Part shown: one piece after another, positions 1-9,316 of the stretch
Layout of the letters: each line of letters begins with the position of its first letter
How positions within the stretch are numbered: the stretch's first letter is position 1
Source: an uncultured Nitrospiraceae bacterium
GTDB taxonomy: Bacteria; Nitrospirota; Nitrospiria; Nitrospirales; Nitrospiraceae
Length of the DNA: 64,000 nt
Assembly: GCA_964555285.1 (NCBI GenBank)
Contig: CAZKRM010000001.1
Span: 220,792 to 284,791, forward strand
Reading direction: 5' to 3'
Program-made: the position numbers and the translations under genes
The notes under the pieces: model-generated
Databases searched by the model: none
The model's input: only the letters and a program-made list of their open reading frames with translations
What the model was told of the DNA's origin: nothing

Positions 1-822
1 CTTTTGACCGATATAGATAACCACGAAATGACCTATCAGAGGTAGTTCAGGATACTTCCTCGTATGGATCACATCAATCACCTTAAACCCATTTCTCTGA
101 AGGCATGCTTTCAGGCTGTGGGTCGTATACTTGTTCTGGATTGGTTGCTTGACAAATTCCTGCTGTGCCCGCCCGCTTCCAGATGTCAGTTTGGTTCCTA
201 ACCAACGGGCAAATCGAATGGGTCTAGGCCTGGGGAAAAAATACTGTGACAATTTAATGGCGAATCGCTCCCAAAATGTAAGGTCGACATGGATCAAACC
301 AACATAATGGCCACCCGGCTTTAAAACCCTCCTTATTTCCTGCAAAGCTTGCTTCTCGTCCAGGAAATGCTCCATAACCCCAACACTTACAATCAGGTCG
401 AAATATTCCGCAGCAAAGGGAAGCCCCTCAGCCAAGGCAACGCTGAATTGAGCCTGGGTTTTGGTGCGGGCTACCTTGATGGCTTCCGTAGAGAGGTCGA
501 TAGCGAATTTCTCACCCACCCTGACCGCCGCCAGCAGTACACCCTCACCACACCCGATTTCCAGGAAGCGCGCACTTTGAAACTGGCCTAGCAAAGACGA
601 AAAATATTGGATGAACTCTTCCGTATTTCTTCCCAGCTTTTCCCATACATTCGTGTTGTCACGATAGATCGAATCGTACGCAACCGCAATGTGCAGGGTG
701 CCTCGGAACTCAGGACGTTTTGACAACAACACGGGAATGCCGTCTATATTAGAAAATTCGGAGTGACACATCTTGCAGAAGAGGTTCTCGAGAGGTATCT
801 TGCAATCTGGACAGACGTACAT
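1..822 (-). CDS. SAM-dependent methyltransferase with N-terminal zinc-ribbon (partial, C-terminus lies beyond window start)
   Basis: Absent from the ORF track because it runs off the window. My minus-strand translation from ATG 820-822 (GGAGG upstream) reads MYVCPDCKIPLENLFCKMCHSEF...FLEIGCGEGVLL...LKPGGHYVGLIH. This shows a CxxC..CxxC ribbon plus methyltransferase motif I. The region looks AT-richer than the rest of the window. Confidence 0.8.
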   Translation of the reverse strand, partial: MYVCPDCKIPLENLFCKMCHSEFSNIDGIPVLLSKRPEFRGTLHIAVAYDSIYRDNTNVWEKLGRNTEEFIQYFSSLLGQFQSARFLEIGCGEGVLLAAVRVGEKFAIDLSTEAIKVARTKTQAQFSVALAEGLPFAAEYFDLIVSVGVMEHFLDEKQALQEIRRVLKPGGHYVGLIHVDLTFWERFAIKLSQYFFPRPRPIRFARWLGTKLTSGSGRAQQEFVKQPIQNKYTTHSLKACLQRNGFKVIDVIHTRKYPELPLIGHFVVIYIGQK

Positions 823-971
823 CCTCACCTCCTCACATCCTATTCAAAGCAGAGTCTACACGAGGGTCAGGGTACAAGAAAAGGAGTCTTTCTTCATGGA
901 GCCCTTCGCCAACCGCGTGGCTCCAACGTACACACCCTCTCAAACAAACACTCTCAACTCCTTTGTTTCAC

Positions 972-1913
972 TTATCGTGTCCGCGTCGCCAGATCGAGCA
1001 ACACTCCTTCGCGCAATCCGAGATCGCTCACGAGACAATCCTCGACTCCCAACTTCTCCATCACCGTTCGCAAAACGAGCGTCCCGGCGACGATCACGTC
1101 TTCGCGGCCTCGTTCGAGGCCCGGCAGCCCCTGACGTTGGACTTTGGTCCGACTGAGCAGCTCTCGCTCCAGATCGGAAACCGTCGAGAGCTTCAGACAG
1201 TAATTATGGATGCGGGCGGGCTCATAGGCCGGAAGACGCTGGGCCATGGCGGCGAGGGATGTGATCGTTCCTGCAGTTCCAACGAAGGTCGCGCCTTGCA
1301 GATCACCGATCTCTTTAACCACCTTGAATGTCTCCTGCCGAACGAAGGCGCGCGCTGAGTCCACTTCATCAGTCGTCGGTGGATCATGGTGAAGCAACCG
1401 CTCCGACAACCGGACCACGCCCACCTTGATCGAGCGCACAATCGGAGGTCGGCCTGGCCGGTCCAGGATAAATTCCGTGCTGCCGCCGCCTATGTCGAGC
1501 GCCAGCATATCGGCGACATCTGGCGGCAAACCCGAACGAATGCCCAGCATCGTCCGTCTGGCTTCCTCCTCACCGCTAATCAGTTCGACCTCGAACCCTG
1601 CTTCACGCTTCACCCGATCCAAAAACTCTTGCCGATTGGCTGCATCGCGCACTGCACTGGTAGCCACTGCCGTCGCAGCATCAACGTTGTGGGAGTCGAT
1701 GATCTCTCGCCACTCACGCAACGTACTGAGCACCCGGTCCATCGCCTCAGGGCGAAGCACGCGATCCCGATCGACCCCCTGGCCCAGACGAAGAATACGA
1801 CGCGCGGAATGCAATTCCGTCAGCCCGCCGGAGTCCGTGATCCGCGCAATCAACAGCCGGCACGTCAAGGTGCCGATATCAATCCCGGCCAGCACGAGAG
1901 TCTTCTCGCTCAC
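972..1913 (-). CDS. Ppx/GppA family phosphatase (exopolyphosphatase-like)
   Basis: 313 aa. N-terminal AGIDIGTLTCRLLIA plus DIGGGSTEF are actin-like ATPase motifs typical of Ppx/GppA. GTG start overlaps the upstream stop (GTGA). Confidence 0.85.
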   Translation of the reverse strand: MSEKTLVLAGIDIGTLTCRLLIARITDSGGLTELHSARRILRLGQGVDRDRVLRPEAMDRVLSTLREWREIIDSHNVDAATAVATSAVRDAANRQEFLDRVKREAGFEVELISGEEEARRTMLGIRSGLPPDVADMLALDIGGGSTEFILDRPGRPPIVRSIKVGVVRLSERLLHHDPPTTDEVDSARAFVRQETFKVVKEIGDLQGATFVGTAGTITSLAAMAQRLPAYEPARIHNYCLKLSTVSDLERELLSRTKVQRQGLPGLERGREDVIVAGTLVLRTVMEKLGVEDCLVSDLGLREGVLLDLATRTR

Positions 1914-2233
1914 TGCTCGCTCCTGATCTCTGCCATCTCCCCCTCGATCTTCTTCCGCCGCTCACGGATTACCTGAACCTGCTTGGCCAGCCGTCCGATC
2001 TCCATGTCGTACAACACGCGCTCGGCCGGCTCGCCCCGATCGTGCAACTCGATGGCACGCTCGCCGATATCGCGATAGAGATCGTTCATCAGTTGATCCA
2101 GCTTCCGCAGCTCTAAGCGGAGCTTCAGCAGCTCGGTTTCTTCCAGCGCCCGGTTCGCGGCCTGCGCCGTCCCGTGACGCAACGTCGCCCACCCCGCCTT
2201 CAGATCATGCGTCAGTCGCTGTAACAGCCCCAT
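1910..2233 (-). CDS. hypothetical coiled-coil protein
   Basis: 107 aa charged heptad-like sequence. ATG has an AAGGGA SD. Its stop overlaps the Ppx start by 4 nt. Confidence 0.55.
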   Translation of the reverse strand: MGLLQRLTHDLKAGWATLRHGTAQAANRALEETELLKLRLELRKLDQLMNDLYRDIGERAIELHDRGEPAERVLYDMEIGRLAKQVQVIRERRKKIEGEMAEIRSEQ

Positions 2234-2270
2234 TTCATCCCTTTCATCCCTTCATCACCTTGCTTTTTCG

Positions 2271-2361
2271 GAGGGGGCTGGGGCGAGCCCTATTGCGCGC
2301 GTCGAGGGAGCGCTTTCTGAAGCGCGGCCTCCGCGAGCACCGGGCTCGCCCCAGCCCCCTC
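2271..2361 (+). repeat. REP-like ~95-bp element, copy A
   Basis: Perfect 20-nt arms GAGGGGCTGGGGCGAGCCC / GGGCTCGCCCCAGCCCCCTC flank the core TTGCGCGCGTCGAGGGAGCGCTTTCTGAAGCGCGGCCTCCGCGAGCAC. Abuts the recG stop. Confidence 0.85.
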
Positions 2362-5025
2362 CTAGCTTACCGCCCCCAGCTCCAGTTTCGTCCGCCACCG
2401 TCGCAGCACGGCAGCCCGCAACGCCTGATGCTGCGGCGCAGACAGCGACGGGTCTCGCTTGAGCAGCGCGAAGGCCTCCTGCCTCGCTTGCTGCAACAAG
2501 TCTGCGTCGCGAATCAAATTGGCCGCCCGGAATTCCGGCATGCCCCACTGGCGGAACCCAAAAAATTCTCCAGGCCCTCTGATCTGAAGGTCGGCTTCCG
2601 CAATCACGAAGCCGTCGGTCGATTTGACCAACGCCTCCAGCCGTTGCTTTGCCGACGACGCCGGAGCAGGCGCGGCGGCATCTTCGCTCACCCGCCGCGT
2701 GGCTGTCCCACCGGTCCGTGACGAAAGGAGGAGGCAATAGGACTGATGTGCGCCTCGCCCGACTCGCCCGCGCAACTGGTGCAACTGCGCAAGCCCGAAC
2801 CGCTCTGCATGCTCCACGACCATGACGGTCGCGTTCGGCACATCCACCCCCACTTCGACGATCGTCGTCGCCACAAGCACGTTGATCTCGCCTGCCTTGA
2901 ACGAGGCCATCGTCCGCTCCTTTTCCTCCGCGCGCAGGCGCCCGTGAAGGAGCCCCACTGAGACGTTCTTGAATTCCTCTTGCTGGAGACGTTCCGCCGC
3001 TTGAATCGCCGCCTGAAGATCGGTCTTCTCGGACTCCTCCACGAGCGGATACACGATGTAGGCCTGGCGTCCGGCTTCCAGGTGATCCTGCACGACTTGA
3101 TAGGCCCGGCGCCGTTGGGACTCAGTAAAGAGCAAGGTCCTCACTGGCTTCCGGCCAGGAGGAAGCGCATCGATGACCGACACATCGAGGTCGCCATACA
3201 CCGTCATGGCCAGCGTTCTGGGAATCGGCGTGGCCGTGAGCACCAGCACATCGGGATGGTAGCCCTTGTCGATCAGGGTCTTCCGCTGCATCACCCCGAA
3301 CCGATGCTGCTCATCGATCACCGCCAGCCCGAGCTTCGCGAACGTGACGCCCTTCTGAATGAGAGCGTGCGTGCCAATCACCACCTGGGTCTGACCGGTT
3401 TCAATTCGGGCCAGCGCCGCAGCCCGCTGCTTGGCTCGTCCGTTGCTCGTCAGCACCGCCACCGATACCCCTAATGGTTCGAGGACGCTCCGCAGGGTAG
3501 AGCCATGCTGCTCCGCCAAAATCTCCGTCGGCACCATGAGCGCGGCCTGATACCCGGAGTCGCAGGCCATCACCATCGCATGGAGCGCAACGACCGTCTT
3601 GCCGCATCCCACATCGCCCTGGATGAGGCGATTCATCGGCCTGGGGCCGGCCATATCCTGCCGGATTTCGCTCCACGCTCGTTCTTGCGCAGCGGTCAGT
3701 TTGAACGGTAAGGCCTTCCCCAATCGCGCCAACAACGGCGTGGCGGGATTGAATTGAATCCCCTTCACCTCACACTTGACCGCTCGCTGGCGACTCGCCA
3801 GGGCCACTTGCAAGAGAAACAGCTCTTCAAACGCCAACCGCCGGTGGGCGGGAGTCATGCCCCGATCCAGCGCAGCGAGGTCGGTCCCGGCGACCGGGAA
3901 ATGCGCCTCAGCCACCGCCTGCCGAATGGGCGGCATGCGATACTTTGCGCGCACCTGGACCGGTAGCACTTCTTCCAGGCCGGCGAGATACTCATCGAGC
4001 AGGTCTTTCACGAGCACGCGCATCTGGCGCGAGGACCACCCTTTTGTCTCATGGTAGATCGGCACGATACGCCCCACATGCAGGGTGCTGTCCGTCTCCT
4101 CCCCCAGCAGTTCGTACTGGCTGACATCCATCCGAAGATCGATCCAGCCGCCTCGGCCGGCCATCACACGCCCGGCCAACATGACGCGGGCACCGACGGC
4201 CAGCACCTGCTCAAGGTAGGGCTGATTGAAGAACACCGCCTGGATGCGTCCCGTCCTGTCTTGCACCATCACTTCGAGCACACTCAGCCGCTTATATCGC
4301 GCGCTTCGAAGCCGGCTGGTCACCACGACGCCGCAGACGGTCGCCTCCGCGCCAGGAACCACACGAGCGATGGGGGTGATGACCGACCGGTCCTCATAAC
4401 GCCAGGGCAGACACCAGAAGGCATCCTCAACGGTGTGAACGCCCAGCCGTTCCAGCAAGGCCGCCCGTTTAGGACCGACTCGCTTGGCATACCGGATCGC
4501 GAGCGCCTTCACATCCTGCGGAAGGTGTTGGTCGCCCGACGAGACAGGTACCGGTCGGCCAGGCTTGGCCTGGCTCCGCATCGGCGGGGCTGCCGTCTGA
4601 CCCGTCTTCAGATCGGTGAGGATCGTGCGCGCCTGTTCGAGCCGGCGGATCTGCTCGACCGGAGATACGCCGACGTGAAAGTCGACGAACAACTGGTGGA
4701 GCGCGAGCAGATGACTTTCGACACCTGCGGCATACACCTGTGCGGCCAGCGCATCGACGATTTGAGCTGCGACAAACGGGCCGAGGTTCTTGATCGACGA
4801 GAGATGCGCGCCGTGATCCCGCGTGGCAAAGTCGATCGGGCGCTCAACGCGCTGCAGGAGATCGTGCAGCGGCCGCACGGGAACCGACGTCGCTGGATCT
4901 GTCGCACGTGGCGTGAATCGGGCAGTCATGAGAAGGTCGTGGGGAGAATGGCGCGCAGCGACCTGCGCCATCGTCGCGTCGAGCCTGTATCGCCGCGCAT
5001 CGTAGCACAGGCCTCGCCCCCTCAC
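2362..5025 (-). CDS. recG: ATP-dependent DNA helicase RecG
   Basis: Contains GDVGCGKT (Walker A), DEQHRFG and the LRGRVGRG motif, with a wedge-domain region before the helicase core. The start is uncertain (GTG 5025, ATG 4971 or ATG 4929; none has a clear SD). Confidence 0.9.
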   Translation of the reverse strand: MRGRGLCYDARRYRLDATMAQVAARHSPHDLLMTARFTPRATDPATSVPVRPLHDLLQRVERPIDFATRDHGAHLSSIKNLGPFVAAQIVDALAAQVYAAGVESHLLALHQLFVDFHVGVSPVEQIRRLEQARTILTDLKTGQTAAPPMRSQAKPGRPVPVSSGDQHLPQDVKALAIRYAKRVGPKRAALLERLGVHTVEDAFWCLPWRYEDRSVITPIARVVPGAEATVCGVVVTSRLRSARYKRLSVLEVMVQDRTGRIQAVFFNQPYLEQVLAVGARVMLAGRVMAGRGGWIDLRMDVSQYELLGEETDSTLHVGRIVPIYHETKGWSSRQMRVLVKDLLDEYLAGLEEVLPVQVRAKYRMPPIRQAVAEAHFPVAGTDLAALDRGMTPAHRRLAFEELFLLQVALASRQRAVKCEVKGIQFNPATPLLARLGKALPFKLTAAQERAWSEIRQDMAGPRPMNRLIQGDVGCGKTVVALHAMVMACDSGYQAALMVPTEILAEQHGSTLRSVLEPLGVSVAVLTSNGRAKQRAAALARIETGQTQVVIGTHALIQKGVTFAKLGLAVIDEQHRFGVMQRKTLIDKGYHPDVLVLTATPIPRTLAMTVYGDLDVSVIDALPPGRKPVRTLLFTESQRRRAYQVVQDHLEAGRQAYIVYPLVEESEKTDLQAAIQAAERLQQEEFKNVSVGLLHGRLRAEEKERTMASFKAGEINVLVATTIVEVGVDVPNATVMVVEHAERFGLAQLHQLRGRVGRGAHQSYCLLLSSRTGGTATRRVSEDAAAPAPASSAKQRLEALVKSTDGFVIAEADLQIRGPGEFFGFRQWGMPEFRAANLIRDADLLQQARQEAFALLKRDPSLSAPQHQALRAAVLRRWRTKLELGAVS

Positions 5026-5152
5026 AATGACGCGCAGGGAGCCCGATCCAGGACGTTCACACGTCCCGTTTGCAGCGCCCTCTACAATCCATCCATTGTT
5101 TTGACGCGACTGTCTAGGGTGTTACACTTCACGATGAACACGGGAGCGTCCG

Positions 5153-6637
5153 ATGTATCGCAAGAACATCTCCCCTATCCTGAGCTACATCGTTGCCGCT
5201 GTCGGCCTGTTCATCCTGTACCACGTGTGGGTGAAGCCTTCCTACTTTCCGCCGACGCCGCCTCCCCCGGTCACGACGATCTCAGCCGAGGAGGGGGCGC
5301 AGCCGACCGCAGAGCAGCAACACGAAGAGGAACTGTACGCGCGGGAGTCGAAACGCCCACGCGTCATCGATCCGAGCCGGGTGCCGGAGTCCCCGTACGT
5401 GGCGAAGCTGGACGGTATCCGCGACGAGTTGGAGAAAGGCAACGCCGCCGAAGCCGAATCGAGGCTGTCCGACCTGCCGTCCTCACTGCTCGCCGAGCCG
5501 CCGGTCAGGCGGTTTGTGGCCGTCCTCTGGAACAACCTGGGCATCCTTCAAGAACAATCGGGCGGCACGGCGGTATCGGTCAAGACCTTCAAGCAAGCGG
5601 TCTCGCTCGATTCGACAAACCCCATCGCGCACTTGAACCTGGCGCACGCCTATTGGGAACTTCGTGATCCGGGGTTGACGGAGGAGTTTCTGCAACACGT
5701 GATTCAGCTCGCGCCGACCGAAGCCTTCCCCCACCTGGCCATGGCCGACTTGTTACAGGAACAGGATCGCCTCGCTGAAGCCGCCCAGCACCTCGATCGA
5801 GCAGCCGACCGCGCCCGGCAAGACCCCGACGTGCGTTCCTATCTCCAGGCTGTGTCGGCCAAGGTCCGGCGTACGGAACAGGCTGAGCAACAACTCACGT
5901 CGCGTGGCAGCGCACATTTCACCGTAAAGTTCGACGGCGGGGAAGATCAGGCGACCTGGACCGGCGTGCTGGACATTCTGGAGGAGGCGTATCGAGACAT
6001 CGGGCAAAAGTTCGGGCATTTCCCCGGCAAGCCGGTCATCGTGGTCCTGCACACCAGGGATCACTTTCAGAACGCAACGGGAAGCCCGATCTGGGCGGAT
6101 GGCCTCTTCGATCCCGTGCTGGGCCGGATTCAGGTGCCGACGCAGGGGGCGTTGACGGACCAGACCTGGCTGACCCGCGTCCTGCGCCATGAGTACGTCC
6201 ATGCCCTGCTGCATGACCAACTCGGCATGGGGGCCGGATCGGTTCCCACCTGGCTCAATGAAGGTCTGGCGATGCAGTTAGCGGGGGATTCCTGGGCGGA
6301 CCTCGACCAGCCGATGCACGGAGATATCGCACTGGTTCCGCTCGCGGTGCTGGAAGGGGAATGGGGCGGCCTCTCAAGCGGAGCCGCAACCGTCGCCTAC
6401 CTCGAAGCGAATTCCGCGACCCACTACCTCATCGACCGGTTCGGCATGCACCGGGTAAAAGAGTTGCTGACCCTGTTGAAATCGAGACACACCATGCCGG
6501 CGGCAATGCAGGCCACGCTCTCCCTGACCTACGAGCAGTTCGAACGACGATGGGTGGACGATCTCAATGCGAGGTTGAAGTCTGGGAAGAGAGTCTCACC
6601 GAAACGGGCGATACCGGATCAATTCGCGGCTGGTTGA
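5153..6637 (+). CDS. membrane-anchored TPR protein with peptidase MA-like (HExxH) domain
   Basis: N-terminal TM helix, TPR-like repeats, then HEYVH ... WLNEGLA, a gluzincin-type motif pair. GGGAG SD before the ATG. Confidence 0.7.
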   Translation: MYRKNISPILSYIVAAVGLFILYHVWVKPSYFPPTPPPPVTTISAEEGAQPTAEQQHEEELYARESKRPRVIDPSRVPESPYVAKLDGIRDELEKGNAAEAESRLSDLPSSLLAEPPVRRFVAVLWNNLGILQEQSGGTAVSVKTFKQAVSLDSTNPIAHLNLAHAYWELRDPGLTEEFLQHVIQLAPTEAFPHLAMADLLQEQDRLAEAAQHLDRAADRARQDPDVRSYLQAVSAKVRRTEQAEQQLTSRGSAHFTVKFDGGEDQATWTGVLDILEEAYRDIGQKFGHFPGKPVIVVLHTRDHFQNATGSPIWADGLFDPVLGRIQVPTQGALTDQTWLTRVLRHEYVHALLHDQLGMGAGSVPTWLNEGLAMQLAGDSWADLDQPMHGDIALVPLAVLEGEWGGLSSGAATVAYLEANSATHYLIDRFGMHRVKELLTLLKSRHTMPAAMQATLSLTYEQFERRWVDDLNARLKSGKRVSPKRAIPDQFAAG

Positions 6638-7501
6638 ATTCTCTTCCTGGCGAGACCACAACGGAATGAAGCCGGCATGTTCATCTTCCTGCTGAACGCT
6701 CTTCCCCACTTCTCGTAGCGGATCGAACGCATCCTGCCACAACAGTTCTTCATCCGTTCCGTTATACGCACGAATCATGAAGTCGAAGGCGTGGCGTAGG
6801 CCCGGCATCGGAGCCACCGTCTCCGTGCGCTCATCGGTAATCCGCTCGATACGCGCGATACCGCGTCCCTCCGCCGCAAACTGATCTTGCCAGATAAGCG
6901 CCCCGGACTGAGGATCGCGCGCGCGTACGAGAAAGAAGTGGTGCACGGATGACGGCTCCGGATTCGAGACCCGCGTGACCGTTGCGCGGGGCCGAGCCAC
7001 CGTCGCCACGGGACTCGCATTCCCCTCTTTCCCTACGGGATTCAGATTCAGCTGCCCTTCCCACAAAAACTTGCCGGTTACGGCATCGTACACACGAATC
7101 CGAAAGTGGGAGAGGCCGTCGGAGCCCACGCCGATGCCACCGGCAAAGATGCGTTCCCGTGCCGATGACGACGTCGGCGTTCCTTCCTCGCGCACATCGA
7201 GATCGTAGGAGTCTTCGGTGAGCACCACTCCGGTGTTCGGATCGTAGGTCTTGATCAGAATGGTCGACGTCCCTGCCGCCTCAAAGCCAAAGCCGGCCGC
7301 CACGACCGGCGGCGTGCCGCTTGCCGTCAGCTTGGCGAACTCGTGCGTGCTCATGAAGCCGGATTGCCCGAGGAGATCGTAGCCGGCTCCAAATGCGACA
7401 CCCGTTGTGAGTAGGGAGCCGAGGCCGACCGCGATTCCCCACCGACACCGGTCCGCTCGTCGGACCCCTCTCAGCGTCAACATCCATTGCCTGAGTCCCA
7501 T
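6596..7501 (-). CDS. hypothetical secreted protein with internal repeats
   Basis: I place the start at internal ATG 7499-7501 (GGAGGAG SD), giving MGLRQWMLTLRGVRRADR...AFGAG, which is signal-like. The motif YD..TG..LW.(G/D)Q recurs three times. The upstream part of the track ORF was discarded. Confidence 0.5.
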   Translation of the reverse strand: MGLRQWMLTLRGVRRADRCRWGIAVGLGSLLTTGVAFGAGYDLLGQSGFMSTHEFAKLTASGTPPVVAAGFGFEAAGTSTILIKTYDPNTGVVLTEDSYDLDVREEGTPTSSSARERIFAGGIGVGSDGLSHFRIRVYDAVTGKFLWEGQLNLNPVGKEGNASPVATVARPRATVTRVSNPEPSSVHHFFLVRARDPQSGALIWQDQFAAEGRGIARIERITDERTETVAPMPGLRHAFDFMIRAYNGTDEELLWQDAFDPLREVGKSVQQEDEHAGFIPLWSRQEENSTSRELIRYRPFR

Positions 7502-7732
7502 ACAGCTCCTCCTGTTGTGTGTCATTCTGCATGGGAGCCGGTTCGGGGTAAATTCCACGGAGGTTCTGCCTCCCCCACCGAAAGGGGGGGGGCGGTTGCG
7601 TGACCGCCCCGAACCAGCGGTAGCGGTTCCTGGCGACCAGGCGATAGACGAGAATGGCGAAGGCGAGAACACATGGTCCGCCAGGCAATCTAGGCAGAAG
7701 AGGAAGAAACGCCTCCAGGCCTCGATCGACGG

Positions 7733-7762
7733 TTGCCCGCTCGGTAAGAATGTCGCTATAGT
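7733..7762 (+). promoter_or_regulatory. candidate sigma70-type promoter (TTGCCC-N18-TATAGT), near-leaderless
   Basis: The -10 TATAGT ends 6 nt before ATG 7769, and no SD lies between them. Confidence 0.35.
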
Positions 7763-7768
7763 CACCTC

Positions 7769-8182
7769 ATGCAGGTTCGCGTGCTCATCGGGATCTTGCT
7801 CGGACTGATTGGACTGGCAGCCGCCACGCAACTCCTCGGCCTTCGTTCCACCACTGCCTCTCCGGCAGCCCACGTCATGTGGCAGGCGTTCCTATTCGGC
7901 ATTCCCGGACTGCTGGGCGGGTTTCTCCTCGCGCAGAAGCGCTGGGCCTTGATGGGAGCGGTGATTTACGGAACCGTGGGGTTGGCGTTGGATATCTCGA
8001 CGCTGGTGCTGGATCTAAGAAGTTCGGATGGGCAGGTGCTGGTGCCGATACTCAACGGACTGAGCGGCCTCTTGAATTTCTTACTGATCGTGTTCGGCGG
8101 GCGAGGGTTTCTGGATTTGTCCCTGGACACGACGCCTCCAGTACACCACCGTCCCAATCCCCCGTCCCCTTCCGCATCTTGA
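7769..8182 (+). CDS. hypothetical small membrane protein
   Basis: 137 aa with several hydrophobic helices (LIGILLGLIGLAAA, FLFGIPGLLGGFLLA, LSGLLNFLLIVFGG). Confidence 0.5.
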   Translation: MQVRVLIGILLGLIGLAAATQLLGLRSTTASPAAHVMWQAFLFGIPGLLGGFLLAQKRWALMGAVIYGTVGLALDISTLVLDLRSSDGQVLVPILNGLSGLLNFLLIVFGGRGFLDLSLDTTPPVHHRPNPPSPSAS

Positions 8183-9152
8183 TCGGTCGCACCCGCTCGA
8201 AGCCGGCCTCGCGAAGCCAGCGCGCCGTGTCGGCCAGCGAATAGGTATTGCCGGTCTCGGTAAAGAGCAACATCGTCACGGCAAACAAGCCGGCTTCCTG
8301 CGGGTAGAGTCCCTCCCGATCATGGAGAAACGCGTCCTGAACGATCATCCGCCCGCCGGGCGTCAGCGCCGGCAGAGCGCGTCGGAAAAGCGCCTGGTTT
8401 TGTTCGGGCGAGTAGATGTGCAAGACATTCGAATACCAGATGATGTCGTACCGGCCGGTGATCGGCTCCTGCATAAAGTCCAGCGGTTGATACGACAGCC
8501 GCCGGCCGGCCTTGTGCGTGGCGGCGATCTTCCGCGCCACCTCCAACGCAGCAGGCCGATCGCACACCGTTGCCTGCAGCTGTGGGTTCTTCGTCAAGAA
8601 CGCCATCGCATAGGTGCCCGGCCCTCCTCCGAGATCCAGAAGCGTCTTGGCGCCTTTCAGATTCACCTGCGCCGACACTTTCGGCGCAACTTCCAGCGAC
8701 CGATGGTGCATGGCCCACGTGAACTGCTCACGATAGCCCGGCTCCTCCGGCTCATCGTGGTCGAGGGGGAGTCCCGTTTTCACGCTGTCGGTCAGACGAG
8801 ACCAATCGGCCCAGTGGTTCCGCAACAGCGCGAGGTACGCGCCGCGATAGGCGGGGCTCTTGGCATTCAACGCGGTGGCGGCCAGCTTGCTGTTCCAATA
8901 GGTATCGCCCGATTTTCGTAACAGGCCGGCCGCCGCGAGATTGCGGCACAGAATCGCGAGGCCTCGCTCGCTGACCTTGAGCGCGGCAGCCAGTTCACCG
9001 ACCTGCCATTTCTTGGAGCCGATTGCCGTAAACAGGTCGAGTTCCAGTGCCGTTATCAGCACCCGCGGCAAGCGATAGGCCATGACGGCATCGCGAAACT
9101 CCTCGAAGGTCGTGATCGTCTTCGTCTTCAATCTTTTATCCTTCACCCACAA
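8052..9152 (-). CDS. O-methyltransferase family 2 (dimerisation domain + SAM-binding domain)
   Basis: LLDLGGGPGTYA (motif I) and ...DIIWYSNVLH..., with an N-terminal wHTH-like dimerisation region. TTG start is uncertain. The C-terminal ~40 aa overlap the convergent gene. Confidence 0.75.
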   Translation of the reverse strand: MWVKDKRLKTKTITTFEEFRDAVMAYRLPRVLITALELDLFTAIGSKKWQVGELAAALKVSERGLAILCRNLAAAGLLRKSGDTYWNSKLAATALNAKSPAYRGAYLALLRNHWADWSRLTDSVKTGLPLDHDEPEEPGYREQFTWAMHHRSLEVAPKVSAQVNLKGAKTLLDLGGGPGTYAMAFLTKNPQLQATVCDRPAALEVARKIAATHKAGRRLSYQPLDFMQEPITGRYDIIWYSNVLHIYSPEQNQALFRRALPALTPGGRMIVQDAFLHDREGLYPQEAGLFAVTMLLFTETGNTYSLADTARWLREAGFERVRPIKMRKGTGDWDGGVLEASCPGTNPETLARRTRSVRNSRGRSVR

Positions 9153-9160
9153 TAGCAGGA

Positions 9161-9313
9161 GGTGTGCCGGGGTTGACCGCTACTGCGCGCGTCCAGCGAG
9201 CACATTCTTCAATCAGGTCGAGCGATGCTCGACACGGGAGGGGGCCCGAACCAACTCCCCTCCCGTACCCACAGTGCGGGCTGCGCGAGCACAGCGGTCA
9301 GCCTCGACGCACC
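9161..9313 (+). repeat. REP-like element, copy B (with ~60-nt insertion in the core)
   Basis: Arms GGTGTGCCGGGGTTGACCGCT / AGCGGTCAGCCTCGACGCACC. Core halves ACTGCGCGCGTCCAGCGAGCAC and GTGCGGGCTGCGCGAGCAC are separated by extra sequence that has its own hairpin (GTCGAGCGATGCTCGAC). Confidence 0.75.
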
Positions 9314-9316
9314 TCC

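Noticed and set aside
4051-5667. Long plus-strand ORF (538 aa) and many similar ones antisense to real genes (20164..21786, 22683..24104, 26141..27502, 33405..35813, 41398..44322, 44571..45965, 53514..55049, 54811..56406)
   Set aside because: They overlap well-supported genes on the opposite strand. Their translations are Arg/Pro/Gly/His-rich low-complexity sequence with no recognisable motifs. This is the typical shadow-ORF pattern of GC-rich DNA.
8052-8182. 131-nt convergent overlap between the O-methyltransferase and the small membrane protein; possible frameshift or mis-assembly
   Set aside because: Both reading frames are open and the sequence shows nothing decisive. Most likely one or both C-terminal tails are non-functional read-through. 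Recorded here but not promoted to a finding.
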